64,000 nt of DNA, from positions 2,592,001-2,656,000 of the forward strand of contig CBDCOX010000002.1 in NCBI GenBank assembly GCA_965219995.1, written 5' to 3'. The translations under genes and the position numbers were made by a program. The notes below the pieces were generated by a model. It saw only the letters and a program-made list of their open reading frames with translations. It was not told where the DNA came from and did no database searches. This DNA comes from Candidatus Latescibacterota bacterium. Its GTDB lineage: Bacteria; Latescibacterota; UBA2968; GCA-2709665. Of the stretch, positions 48,003 through 57,447 are shown piece by piece (the first letter of the stretch is position 1; each line of letters begins with the position of its first letter).

Positions 48003-49172
48003 CTACCTGCCGAAGGCGCTGGCAAAGAGCAGAAAATCGCCGAATCCGACGACGCCGTCGCCGTCGATATCATAGCCCGTATCGTAACCGACGTCGCCAA
48101 AACTCAACCCGAAATGCGCGGCGAACTGCAAAAAGTCGGCAAAGTCAACGGCGCCATTGTCATCGAAGTCCGGATTGGCGGGTTGCGGGGCGATATGCGG
48201 AGACATATTCCAGAGGACAATCGTGCCGTCCTTACCCGCACTGGCGAGAATCCTCCCGTCCGGCGAAAACAACACGGAATTAACCCAACCCGTATGCCCC
48301 CGGAGGGTGGCCTTCTCTTCTCCGCTTGCCGGATCCCACAATCGGACCGTATGGTCTTCGCCTCCGCTGGCGAGAGTACTCCCGTCCGGCGAGAACGACA
48401 GGGTCGATACCCAGCCCGTATGCCCCAGTAATGTTGCCTTCTTCCGTCCGGTGGCCACGTCCCGCAATCGAATCGAAACGTCTTTGCCGGCACTGGCGAG
48501 AACTGTCCCGTCCGGAGAGAACAACACGGTGCCAACCGCGCCCGCGTTATCCCAATACGTGGCTTTCTGCCGACCCGTGTCCGCGTCCCACAATCGAACC
48601 GAAGCGTCATTGCCGCCGCTGGCAATCGTTCGCCCATCCGGCGAAAACATCACGGCAAAAGCGCTGGGCCCGTGTTCTCCCAACCTGGCTGTTTCCCGAC
48701 GGCTGGCCACGTCCCACAAATGAACACCTCCAAGACATGCGGCGAGCGTACGTCCGTCCGGAGAAAACGTCAATTCGGAAAAAGCCCTCGCATGCCCCTC
48801 CAGCGGCTCCTTCTCCTGACCGCTGACCACGTCCCACAGTCGAACGTCTTCGTGACTGCTGGCCAGGGTTTTCCCGTCCGGCGAGAACGCCACGGAAATG
48901 ACACGCTCCGCGTGTCCCGCAAGTCTGGTCTTCTCGCGAAGCGCGGCCACGTCCCACAGTCGGATCATCGCGTCATCACCCCCGCTCGCAAGCGTTCTCC
49001 CGTCAGGCGAAAACGACACGGACGAAACCCCCCCGGTATGCCCCCGCAGCACAGCTTTCTCCTGCCCGTTGGCCGGCGATCCCCCCTCCTGCGAAAACGA
49101 AAGGGAACCCGCATACGCCGACAGGGCGCAGACAAACAAAAAGCAGAAAACAAACCTGTAGCGCTTACTCAT
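48003..49172 (-). CDS. Secreted WD40-repeat protein with a C-terminal EF-hand/dockerin-like domain
   Basis: Signal peptide, seven GH...V..V.FSPDG..LAS.G.D..IRLWD repeats, then [14 protein letters not shown]...[14 protein letters not shown]. Confidence 0.93.
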   Translation of the reverse strand: MSKRYRFVFCFLFVCALSAYAGSLSFSQEGGSPANGQEKAVLRGHTGGVSSVSFSPDGRTLASGGDDAMIRLWDVAALREKTRLAGHAERVISVAFSPDGKTLASSHEDVRLWDVVSGQEKEPLEGHARAFSELTFSPDGRTLAACLGGVHLWDVASRRETARLGEHGPSAFAVMFSPDGRTIASGGNDASVRLWDADTGRQKATYWDNAGAVGTVLFSPDGTVLASAGKDVSIRLRDVATGRKKATLLGHTGWVSTLSFSPDGSTLASGGEDHTVRLWDPASGEEKATLRGHTGWVNSVLFSPDGRILASAGKDGTIVLWNMSPHIAPQPANPDFDDNGAVDFADFLQFAAHFGLSFGDVGYDTGYDIDGDGVVGFGDFLLFASAFGR

Positions 49173-49461
49173 CGGTTAACTCCTTTACGGTTTCAGATGA
49201 AGAGGTATTCACGAGCACTTCCACGCCCTCCTGGCGTCAACCCGCCTTTGAATACGACAATCTGGACAGCCATTAGATCGTCGAGAAACGACCAAAACCC
49301 ACATAATCGAACGCGGCGGCCCCTAGAATGTCGCACGATAACCGTTCCGAACCCTTCTTTGCATGTTCGTACTCATCCTAAACAAAGAAACTGGAATGGA
49401 GTCGGCCATTCAAGCCGATGTATCGAGAAAGTCTCATATGCGATCGAATCGTACATATGGT

Positions 49462-49491
49462 GTTGACAATTCGATCAACGGCGGATATATT
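49462..49491 (+). promoter_or_regulatory. Sigma-70 promoter of the R-M gene with an inverted repeat overlapping -35
   Basis: TTGACA-N17-TATATT; GTTGA-N8-TCAAC spans the -35 box. Confidence 0.7.
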
Positions 49492-49551
49492 AGAAATGGC
49501 CGCTTTGGATATTATGCGTCTGTCGGCAGATTTCATTGACGAAGGAGACAA

Positions 49552-52404
49552 ATGGAAATTGGCGAGTACATGCGTTCGCTGAGAGAAAGGGAACATATCA
49601 GCTTACGGTCACTCTCTTCTGCCATTGGAGTCGACCCGGCTCACATGTCACGAATCGAAGCGGGAAAGGTCCAGCCATCTGAATCGTTAATCGAACGGCT
49701 GACCCAGATTCTAAATTGCGATCCGGAGGAACTGCTGCTTCTGTCCGGCAGACAGACAACGTCGATGAGGGAGTTTATTAAGAATGATCCTGAATATGCT
49801 ACATCCGTCCTGCGCCGTTTGTCTATGACGTCCGTCGCCGAGAGCGTCACCACCTATCGCGTACCGGATTTAGTGGATTTCAGTCTTAAGTCGGGTGAAG
49901 ACGCTCTGTCAGAAAGGCCTATTGCCCACAGAAAGCAAAACGGGCAATTCCTCACGCCGGAGCTGGTTGGCCGCTTTATGGCCAAGCAACTCGGGCACGT
50001 GCGAGACGGTGAAAGATTGCTTGATCCATCCATTGGTTCCGGCGTTCTGGCATGTGCGCTAATTGAACGCGCAATAATTAAAGGACAACCAATGGAACTA
50101 TGGATCGATGGATATGAAGTCGACAAGGGTTTATACCAAGTTGCCTGCAAGGCGCTTGAACGGGCTGCAAGACGCGCTCAAGAAAGAGGCATTACCGTTC
50201 ACGCACAGGTATACAATCGCGATTTTATCGTGGATTGCGTCCCATCGTCTCAGCCTTCGCTCTTCCAGGTCGACAGTTCAGTTAAACCGAGAAAGCCAAT
50301 ACTGTATGACAAAATTATCGCGAATCCACCGTATTTCAAACTTAACAGCAACGACCCTCGTGTAAAAGCAGTAGCGGGCCAGATAAAAGGACATTCCAAT
50401 ATCTATACACTGTTCATGGCACTCTCCGCGAGGTTGCTTGCGCCTATGGGGTGCGCATGTTTTATCGTCCCACGGAGCTTTTGTTCGGGTGCTTACTTTT
50501 CCGAATTCAGGCGGGAGTTTGTCGACCTAACGCTCCCTGCGTCAGTTCACTTGTTTGAATCGCGACACGACACGTTTAGCAAAGATTCAGTACTTCAAGA
50601 GAATGTAATCGTTACATACCGAAGATTACAAGACCCAAAGGTGGTACCCGAATCGGCGTTCATTAAGATTTCATCATCAAAGAATGCGCTGGATTTGGGC
50701 GAATCGACAGCCCGCATGGTGTCCATGCGGCATTTCATTCGGGAGTACAAGAACAAGGTCTATTTCAGATTGCCCACGAGCGAGTTCGACGAGCAGGTTA
50801 TTGAAATCGTGGATAGCTGGCCGGGCACCCTGCAGAAATACGGTTTGGAAGTGTCAACGGGTCCGGTGGTAGGCTTCCGTGCCAGAAAGTCTCTGACAAA
50901 TGAAATCGCAGTTGAAGGAGACCGCGCGGTCCCGCTTCTGTGGATGAATAATGTACGACGCCGAAAGGTTGAATGGCCCGCGTTAAAAAGCGCCAAACCC
51001 CAGGGCATTTCTCTCGGTGAATCCGCTGAGGATCTGTCCGTCCCGGTTTCGAACTACGTCCTGCTTTGCCGGTTTAGTGCAAAGGAAGAACCACGTCGTC
51101 TGATTTCAGCGCCGTTACTGAAGGACCAATTTAGCCATAAGAGGATCGGGCTTGAGAACCATCTCAATTACATATACAAGAAGAACGGCGAACTCGATGA
51201 CGAAGAAACGATTGGACTGTCAGCTTTGTTAAATTGCGCGCTATTGGATCGGTATTTCCGCATCTCAAGTGGAAACACCCAGGTAAACGCAATGGAGTTG
51301 CGCGCACTGCCGCTTCCGCCCCGAGAAGTCATCAGGCGAATTGGAGAACGGCATCGGTCCGTCGAAGAATCTAAAAATGGAGTGGATTTAGACGCGCTGG
51401 TTTTTTCAACATTGAGAGAAACCGGATGTATTCCGAGAGATTTCCCTACAATAAAGGAATCCCGTATGTCGAACGGAAGAATACAGGAGGCTCAAGAGGG
51501 TTTGAAATCCTTAGGGCTGCCACCCGCACAACAAAACGAAATGTCGGCTCTGACATTGCTTGCCCTGGCGCAACTTTCTGAAGATACCCCCTGGGCTGAA
51601 GCGAGATCCCGTAGTTTGCGGATACATGACATATTGGAAGAAATCAGGCACAGATTCGATCGCGAATACGCGGAGAATACCCGAGAGACGATTCGTCGTC
51701 AGGTCATTCATCAGTTTGAGCAGGCAGGTCTTGTCGTTCGGAACCCTTATGACTTGTCCCTGCCGACAAACAGCCCACGCACCCATTACGCCCTGACTGA
51801 TTCCGCTATTCAGACAATTGGCACGTACGGTACCGAGATGTGGCAACAAGCGATCGCATCATTCAATGAGGTAAAAGGCGCACTCCTTGAAGTCTATCAG
51901 AATCGTCGAGATCAACATAGAGTGCCGCTAAGATTATCAACGGGCGAGGAATTTCATCTCTCTGCCGGTCCACACAATGAATTACAGGCCGCCGTTGTGG
52001 AGGAATTCGGACCACGGTTTGCCCCTGGCGCCCAACTTCTCTACCTTGGCGATGCAGAAAATAAGTCGTTGATCCTCAATGAAAAAGGTTTCGAGGGGCT
52101 TGGTCTACCGATTCCGAATCACGATAAACTGCCGGATATCGTACTATATGAAGAAAGTCAGAATCGACTGTACTTGATTGAAGCGGTCACTTCTCACGGT
52201 CCGGTGTCTCCGAAACGCCACGTCGAACTTGAGGAGATTTTTGAGGATTGTCCTGCCACCCGAGTTTACGTGAGTGCATTCCCCGACTTCAACATCTTCA
52301 AGAATTTCATTACCGAAATCGCTTGGGAGACGGAAGTCTGGTTATCCGAAATACCGGATCATATGATTCATTTCAACGGCGATCGGCTCTTGGCTCCGAG
52401 GTAG
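49552..52404 (+). CDS. Fused XRE-HTH + N6-adenine DNA methyltransferase + BsuBI/PstI-family restriction endonuclease
   Basis: N-terminal HTH; GQFLTP, LLDPSIGSG, IANPPY, IVPRSFCSG.YF, ENHLN, G.TQVNA; C-terminal ENTRETIRRQ..HQF, PTNSP, GPHNELQ..VVEEF..RF, HDKLPD, IEAVTSHGP, IAWETEVW, HMIHFNG. Confidence 0.92.
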   Translation: MEIGEYMRSLREREHISLRSLSSAIGVDPAHMSRIEAGKVQPSESLIERLTQILNCDPEELLLLSGRQTTSMREFIKNDPEYATSVLRRLSMTSVAESVTTYRVPDLVDFSLKSGEDALSERPIAHRKQNGQFLTPELVGRFMAKQLGHVRDGERLLDPSIGSGVLACALIERAIIKGQPMELWIDGYEVDKGLYQVACKALERAARRAQERGITVHAQVYNRDFIVDCVPSSQPSLFQVDSSVKPRKPILYDKIIANPPYFKLNSNDPRVKAVAGQIKGHSNIYTLFMALSARLLAPMGCACFIVPRSFCSGAYFSEFRREFVDLTLPASVHLFESRHDTFSKDSVLQENVIVTYRRLQDPKVVPESAFIKISSSKNALDLGESTARMVSMRHFIREYKNKVYFRLPTSEFDEQVIEIVDSWPGTLQKYGLEVSTGPVVGFRARKSLTNEIAVEGDRAVPLLWMNNVRRRKVEWPALKSAKPQGISLGESAEDLSVPVSNYVLLCRFSAKEEPRRLISAPLLKDQFSHKRIGLENHLNYIYKKNGELDDEETIGLSALLNCALLDRYFRISSGNTQVNAMELRALPLPPREVIRRIGERHRSVEESKNGVDLDALVFSTLRETGCIPRDFPTIKESRMSNGRIQEAQEGLKSLGLPPAQQNEMSALTLLALAQLSEDTPWAEARSRSLRIHDILEEIRHRFDREYAENTRETIRRQVIHQFEQAGLVVRNPYDLSLPTNSPRTHYALTDSAIQTIGTYGTEMWQQAIASFNEVKGALLEVYQNRRDQHRVPLRLSTGEEFHLSAGPHNELQAAVVEEFGPRFAPGAQLLYLGDAENKSLILNEKGFEGLGLPIPNHDKLPDIVLYEESQNRLYLIEAVTSHGPVSPKRHVELEEIFEDCPATRVYVSAFPDFNIFKNFITEIAWETEVWLSEIPDHMIHFNGDRLLAPR

Positions 52405-52714
52405 CGGTTGATCGGCTTGTTACCTTGATCCGATACCGAGACTCACCCGAATTGTCGGACAAACCCAATCTGACAACAGATTCGCGGGTTTCAAATCGCG
52501 TCTTGGATTAGAATTTCGACATGGTGGATAGGCGGTTACTACCCTTTCGGGACCCGCCATCTCCATTCACAAGATTTCACGCGGAAACTCCTCAAACAAC
52601 GAACGTCCTCTGCTGATATCTTAGAAATTCCTCCGCCTAAATCTCCTGTTTTCCTCTAAACATTCCTACTCGCCAGCCAAAATCGCGGCGGTCGAGACGG
52701 ACCGGCACGAAGGT

Positions 52715-52879
52715 CTATGCGCCCCTAAGCTTTGGTTCTTCACAAAGCGCAAGCTTCGTATCCGCGGTTGGGTCATTGACCATTCGGCAGGTGATATCGA
52801 TTTCGCCACGCACGTGGACGAGTAATTATCCAATTGCCGCCTCAATTTCCTGGCCTAACGGAATTCGATCAGTTGACAC
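52715..52879 (-). pseudogene. Remnant of a small XRE/YiaG-like antitoxin-type regulator
   Basis: After an AAAGG RBS: VSTDRIPLGQEIEAAIG*LLVHVRGEIDITCRMVNDPTA..., which resembles the N-terminus of such antitoxins; in-frame TAA and loss of the HTH. Confidence 0.45.
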
Positions 52880-52949
52880 TTGCCTTTCTCACGTCCCACA
52901 AAATACAGCATAGATGCCGTCGTCTCGCGTCAATCTGAGCAGGTTGAAA

Positions 52950-53990
52950 TCAGCGTTCCTCTTCCGGAATTCCCGACATGGCTTCTTCGTATACGGCAAT
53001 CCATTTATCGGCTTCTTTTACCGTGTAGGCCCCCGTAACGGCTTCACTGTATCCTGCCGGTAGTTCTTCTCTCTTCGGCTGACCAATGTGCGGTTGCAAC
53101 TTCCCTCGGAGCTTTTCTGCTCCTTCGTCAGGCAAGTCTTTGGCGAAGGAGTCCACTTGCTCCCGACTCAGGTCACCCGCGAAGATTACGTCGTGTAGTT
53201 CGGTTTTTTTGCCAATTTGATTCCGCATACGATCTGCAAACCTGTGAGGTGCACGGCTACCACATACACCCTGTAGTTGCGCTTGGAAGAGATCGGCCCC
53301 TTGCAGATGCGCCTCCCGAAAATTGGCTCTTTGCAGGTGTGCCTTATAGAAAATGGTCCCTTGCAGGTGCGCACTTGCCAGGTCAGCCTTTTCCATATGC
53401 GCTTCCCTGACGTCCGCACCGTTCAGGTAGCTTTCCTTTAAGTTTACGTGGAGACCTCTGAAGATCTCATGGTTCTTAACGAACAGCAGGGTCAGTAGAC
53501 TCTGCACTTCCTCCGAGGGTTTCGATTTTTGCTCTTTCCGATATTCATCCTCGCCTGTCGTCTGACGAATATGAGCGCAGAGAATGTCCAGTACCGTCTG
53601 TCTCAATGCGGCAGTATCGTCCGCCAGATGGACGAGTTCGTAGGCCCCGCCCAGCCGAACTGATTCGGATACGTGCCCCAGATGTTCAATGGCATTCTTC
53701 ATGCGCTCTTGCAGCAGTCCTTGTTCAGCGGATACAGTTCTATCCTCCATCGCTTTTGCACGTCTGTTAGAAGCATGAGCTTGCAGGGCGATCAGAATTC
53801 CGCCCATGGCTATTCCAACGAACTTTAGGATTTCAGATTTTTCGGACACTCCAAGATGCTCAGAGACCTTTGTCTCGAAACTATCGAAGAAAAGAACACC
53901 CACGAAAACCGCGAGAGTCAGAACAAGCACGGCGATCAACGTGTTCTGAAGAGTGCAATGTCCGGTAATCACATAACTAAGGCGTTCCAT
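52950..53990 (-). CDS. Pentapeptide-repeat membrane protein, paralogue 1
   Basis: Two TM helices, AIEHLGH.SESVRLGGAYEL...ILCAHIR, A(D/H)LxG repeats. Confidence 0.88.
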   Translation of the reverse strand: MERLSYVITGHCTLQNTLIAVLVLTLAVFVGVLFFDSFETKVSEHLGVSEKSEILKFVGIAMGGILIALQAHASNRRAKAMEDRTVSAEQGLLQERMKNAIEHLGHVSESVRLGGAYELVHLADDTAALRQTVLDILCAHIRQTTGEDEYRKEQKSKPSEEVQSLLTLLFVKNHEIFRGLHVNLKESYLNGADVREAHMEKADLASAHLQGTIFYKAHLQRANFREAHLQGADLFQAQLQGVCGSRAPHRFADRMRNQIGKKTELHDVIFAGDLSREQVDSFAKDLPDEGAEKLRGKLQPHIGQPKREELPAGYSEAVTGAYTVKEADKWIAVYEEAMSGIPEEER

Positions 53991-54054
53991 AACTGACCTC
54001 GTAGGAATTCAAATTGCATATCGTGCAAGACATCCGTCTGCCCTGATCTCACCA

Positions 54055-55320
54055 TCAGCCTCCTTCCTCCTCCGACTCCGCCGCGGTGGCATCCTCGTAT
54101 TCCGCGATCCATTTCCCGGCTTCTTCGTCGGTGTACATTCCGGTAACCGCGCCGCATTGTTCCGGAAGTTCATAGGACGTGCTCTTGCCGACGTGGGGCG
54201 TCAACTTTTCTCTCAGCGCGTTCGCCGTTTCGTGGTACATCCCATCCAGAATGGACTCCACCTCCTCCAGCGTCATCCCGCCGCCGAAAATCGCCCCGCT
54301 CAGGTCGGTCTCTTCGCCGACAGACTGCGTGATACGCTGCTCGAAGGAATCGGGGTAATCCACGTGACTCCTTACGCCCTGGAACTGCGCCTCCGTGAGA
54401 TCCGCGCCCTGCAGATTCGCCCCGACGATAAAGGCCCCTTGCAGATGCGTGCGGGACAGCGCCGCGCCGCGCAACATCGACCGGGCAAGATCGGCTCCCT
54501 GGAGATTCGCCCGGGAAAGGCTTGCAGCGTCGAGTCGCGCCCCAACCAGATCGGCGCCCTGCAGCCTCGCCCATGAAAGACCGGCCCCATGCAGGCGCGC
54601 CCATGACAGATCGGCGCCCTGGAGATGCGCGCCGACAAGGTCGGCGCCGTGCAGCCTCGCCTCCGCGAGGTTTGCGCCACAGAGATACGCGCCACAAAGT
54701 GTCGCTCCGTTCAGCCAGCTACCCTGCAGGTCGATCTGAAGCCCTTTGCAGATCCCGCGACGGGAGACGAACAGCAGACTGAGCAGGCTCTGGACCTCCT
54801 CCGAAGGATTCGACCTGTGCCTTCTCCGGTAAATATCCTGTCCGGTGGTGCGGCGTATATGCGAGCAGAGAATGTCCAGCACCGGCTGTCGCAGCGATTC
54901 AGTATCCTCCGCAAGGTGGAAGAGTTCGTAAGCGCCGCCCAGACGAACCGCGACGGATTCGTGTCCGAGGTGTTCAACGCCGTTATGCAGGCGTTCGTGT
55001 CTCCGCCCCAGTTCCGCGTCCAGGCTTGCCCGCGACTGCTCCGTTGCGGCCCTGGCCTGCTCAGACGCAGCCTCGGCCTGTGCCTTCACGACTTCATCCA
55101 ACTGACGGGAACGTCTGTGGGCCATCAAAGCGTTCAGCGCCAACAGGAGACCCGCAGTACCGATGGCGGTTAATTTGAACGCTTCGGATTTCTGGTGCAG
55201 ACTCAGACGCGCTGAAATTTGTACTCCTGCGCCCGGAACAAACAGGAGGAACACGAATGCCGCCAGCGCAAGGACAAGCAGGGCGATCAGAATGGTTTGC
55301 AGAATCGAAGACAAATTCAT
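54055..55320 (-). CDS. Pentapeptide-repeat membrane protein, paralogue 2
   Basis: Same architecture (VEHLGHESVAVRLGGAYEL, ILCSHIR, PSEEVQSLL) with a longer A.L.GA.L array; GGAGG RBS before MNLSSILQ. Confidence 0.88.
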   Translation of the reverse strand: MNLSSILQTILIALLVLALAAFVFLLFVPGAGVQISARLSLHQKSEAFKLTAIGTAGLLLALNALMAHRRSRQLDEVVKAQAEAASEQARAATEQSRASLDAELGRRHERLHNGVEHLGHESVAVRLGGAYELFHLAEDTESLRQPVLDILCSHIRRTTGQDIYRRRHRSNPSEEVQSLLSLLFVSRRGICKGLQIDLQGSWLNGATLCGAYLCGANLAEARLHGADLVGAHLQGADLSWARLHGAGLSWARLQGADLVGARLDAASLSRANLQGADLARSMLRGAALSRTHLQGAFIVGANLQGADLTEAQFQGVRSHVDYPDSFEQRITQSVGEETDLSGAIFGGGMTLEEVESILDGMYHETANALREKLTPHVGKSTSYELPEQCGAVTGMYTDEEAGKWIAEYEDATAAESEEEGG

Positions 55321-55483
55321 CGGGTCCTCCGGGTTAAGTGGCGGCTCAATGGAACGAACTCGCATTAAGTCGGTCACAATGTGGTATCGATATCCTGCAT
55401 CAATAATGTATCGAACTTAATGTCGCTATCCAGCATTTTTCGACACGGAACCGAGCGACCGTACCAATCTGTCGCTTCTCCTT

Positions 55484-55999
55484 TCATTCAAGCAACAGTT
55501 TCCTGAAACTCTTGAGCCTGGATCTGAAGCGGTGTTTCGTCGCCCACTCGACGAGAAAAACATCGGCTTCATCGAGGGTCAAATCACCTGTCCGGATAAG
55601 TCTCAATACAAGGTCCTCCGTCTGACAGAGTTCAAGGTCGTTGTCCAGTCTGCGGCCTTCAATCCGTGCCCTCCTATCCTGGAGCCCGGCGATCCACCGT
55701 CGCCTGATAGCAACCGCCAGTACGGCGCACTCGCCGGCTCCCAGACGCCCGCCTTTCCGGAGATGCACATATAGCGCAAGTTCATCGGAATCACGAACGC
55801 TTTGCAAGTTAAATATTCCCGAGGCCAAGGCGTCTTCAACCGCTTTCCTGTGTCCGGGACGCCTCACTTCATCGAAAACCTGGTCCGGCAGGACGATCGG
55901 CGATTCGATATTGCCGAGTAACTGTATTCGACCGATATTCACGAAGTTCAGCAGTACCGAAGCATCGAGCACAATCGGCTTTGGGCTAGTCGGTCGCAC
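55484..55999 (-). CDS. PIN-domain protein (DUF3368-like), putative toxin
   Basis: IVLDASVLLNF, V.DEV, LGAGECAVLAVA, DRRAR. Confidence 0.85.
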   Translation of the reverse strand: MRPTSPKPIVLDASVLLNFVNIGRIQLLGNIESPIVLPDQVFDEVRRPGHRKAVEDALASGIFNLQSVRDSDELALYVHLRKGGRLGAGECAVLAVAIRRRWIAGLQDRRARIEGRRLDNDLELCQTEDLVLRLIRTGDLTLDEADVFLVEWATKHRFRSRLKSFRKLLLE

Positions 56000-56009
56000 T
56001 CAGCAAGCC

Positions 56010-57233
56010 TCAATCGGCCAATTCCAGGATCGTTTCGTCCTCAATATCCAGAAGGCGGCCCACTTCGAGCAGGCGGTCCTTCGAAATTTCACCCTGCCAC
56101 CAGGCTTCCAGCGCCAGAGACAGAATCTGCCAATCCAGTTCGTGGTCCCAATTCGACTCATCATCGCGTCGTTCCGTGTCCGACTCAGCTCTTACGGAGC
56201 GCAGGTATCGATTGGCTTCATCGGTCTGATTCAGCAACGTCTGGGTGTGTTCGTGGCTGAGGAGATTCAGACCGCGAAGCCGCCACACCGCCGCAGCGTA
56301 ACTGACCTCAAAATGCCAGGCCAGAAGTGCCACGTCTGCGTAGGTTATATTTCGCGACCGTCCAGTGCTGCGCAACTGGCCGCGTATACCCTGTCCCGAC
56401 ACGGCATCCACAACTGCTTCTTCACGACGAGTTCCCCGTCCCTTACCCAGGCTTTGCAGAAATTCACGCACACCCTCTTCCGGCAAGAGGAAAGCTGCAG
56501 CGAATGCATTAGCCCGTTGTTCGGTCTTTGTGCTGGCGTTTTGGGAACTCGTTACCGTAGCCCGCGTGTCCCGGTCCATCAGCGCATGACCGTGTTCGTG
56601 GGCGTACGAAAACCGTCGTCGAACCACCGATTGGGTGAGGTTGGTCAAAATTGCCAGACCAAAGTCGGGGCTGCTTAAGAAGAGACCCGAGATTTCGTCG
56701 GGCAACGGAAGAGCCGCCGTCCAGATATTCTGTCGGGCAAGGGTCTCAGGCACTTTGACGGGCGCATTTCCCAGATTGAGTCGGCGGCGCTCGTGTTCGG
56801 CCACCTGTTGTCCCTGCGCGATGGCCTGTCCTCCCGAGCCGGGATAGGATAGTTCGTACCGAGGCAAGGACGCAGCGACCCCCCTGCCCGCCAGTTCTCT
56901 AAGCGTGGCACCTTCTCGAAGCAAACGAAGACAACGGGAAGATTGTTCCTGCACAACGTCACCCTGCAGGCCCGGCTCGGCTCGAAAGAGGGTAACGACC
57001 GGATCTTCCTGCTGAACGGAAGAGTCCAGGTTTACGAACCATCCGACCGCCCGGCCGTAAAGGTCGGCAAGACGGGTCAGTTCAAGCGTTGAGACCTGAC
57101 GCTGTCCGGATTCCATAAGACTGATGGCCGACCTCTGCAGGCCCAATGCCGCCCCGGCCATTTCCTGGGTAATGTGACGGCTTTCGCGCGCCAATCGCAG
57201 TCGTCGACCGATCTCTTCTGAGGTTATGGCCAT
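56010..57233 (-). CDS. XRE-HTH + ImmA/IrrE family metallopeptidase
   Basis: IGRRLRLARE...TQE...ISLMESGQR HTH; ISGL, RRRFSYAHEHGH (HExxH), EQRANAFAAAFLLP, FEVSYAA. Confidence 0.93.
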   Translation of the reverse strand: MAITSEEIGRRLRLARESRHITQEMAGAALGLQRSAISLMESGQRQVSTLELTRLADLYGRAVGWFVNLDSSVQQEDPVVTLFRAEPGLQGDVVQEQSSRCLRLLREGATLRELAGRGVAASLPRYELSYPGSGGQAIAQGQQVAEHERRRLNLGNAPVKVPETLARQNIWTAALPLPDEISGLFLSSPDFGLAILTNLTQSVVRRRFSYAHEHGHALMDRDTRATVTSSQNASTKTEQRANAFAAAFLLPEEGVREFLQSLGKGRGTRREEAVVDAVSGQGIRGQLRSTGRSRNITYADVALLAWHFEVSYAAAVWRLRGLNLLSHEHTQTLLNQTDEANRYLRSVRAESDTERRDDESNWDHELDWQILSLALEAWWQGEISKDRLLEVGRLLDIEDETILELAD

Positions 57234-57323
57234 TTCGCACCTCCGAGTCAGGGGGGTTCCTCGGTGTCAAAGCAGTCAGACGCGCATGTCGAAACCGACT
57301 TCCGCAGCACGCATCTTGATATT

Positions 57324-57352
57324 AATTTAGATATCCAAACTATATTTGTCAA
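57324..57352 (-). promoter_or_regulatory. Sigma-70 promoter of the IrrE/PIN operon
   Basis: Minus strand TTGACA-N17-TAAATT in an AT-rich tract; an imperfect palindrome ATGTTCGA-TTT-TCGAAACAT lies just upstream. Confidence 0.65.
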
Positions 57353-57447
57353 TATTTTTATGTTATGTTCGATTTTCGAAACATACATTTTTTAGTATTT
57401 CTACACGAAGACGCGCCACCAGGCTCTTCGACTACGCGCGCCGCGCT

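Noticed and set aside
48200-49050. Regular ~126-bp nucleotide repeats as a possible CRISPR array
   Set aside because: They are WD40 coding repeats; there are no identical repeats with unique spacers and no cas genes.
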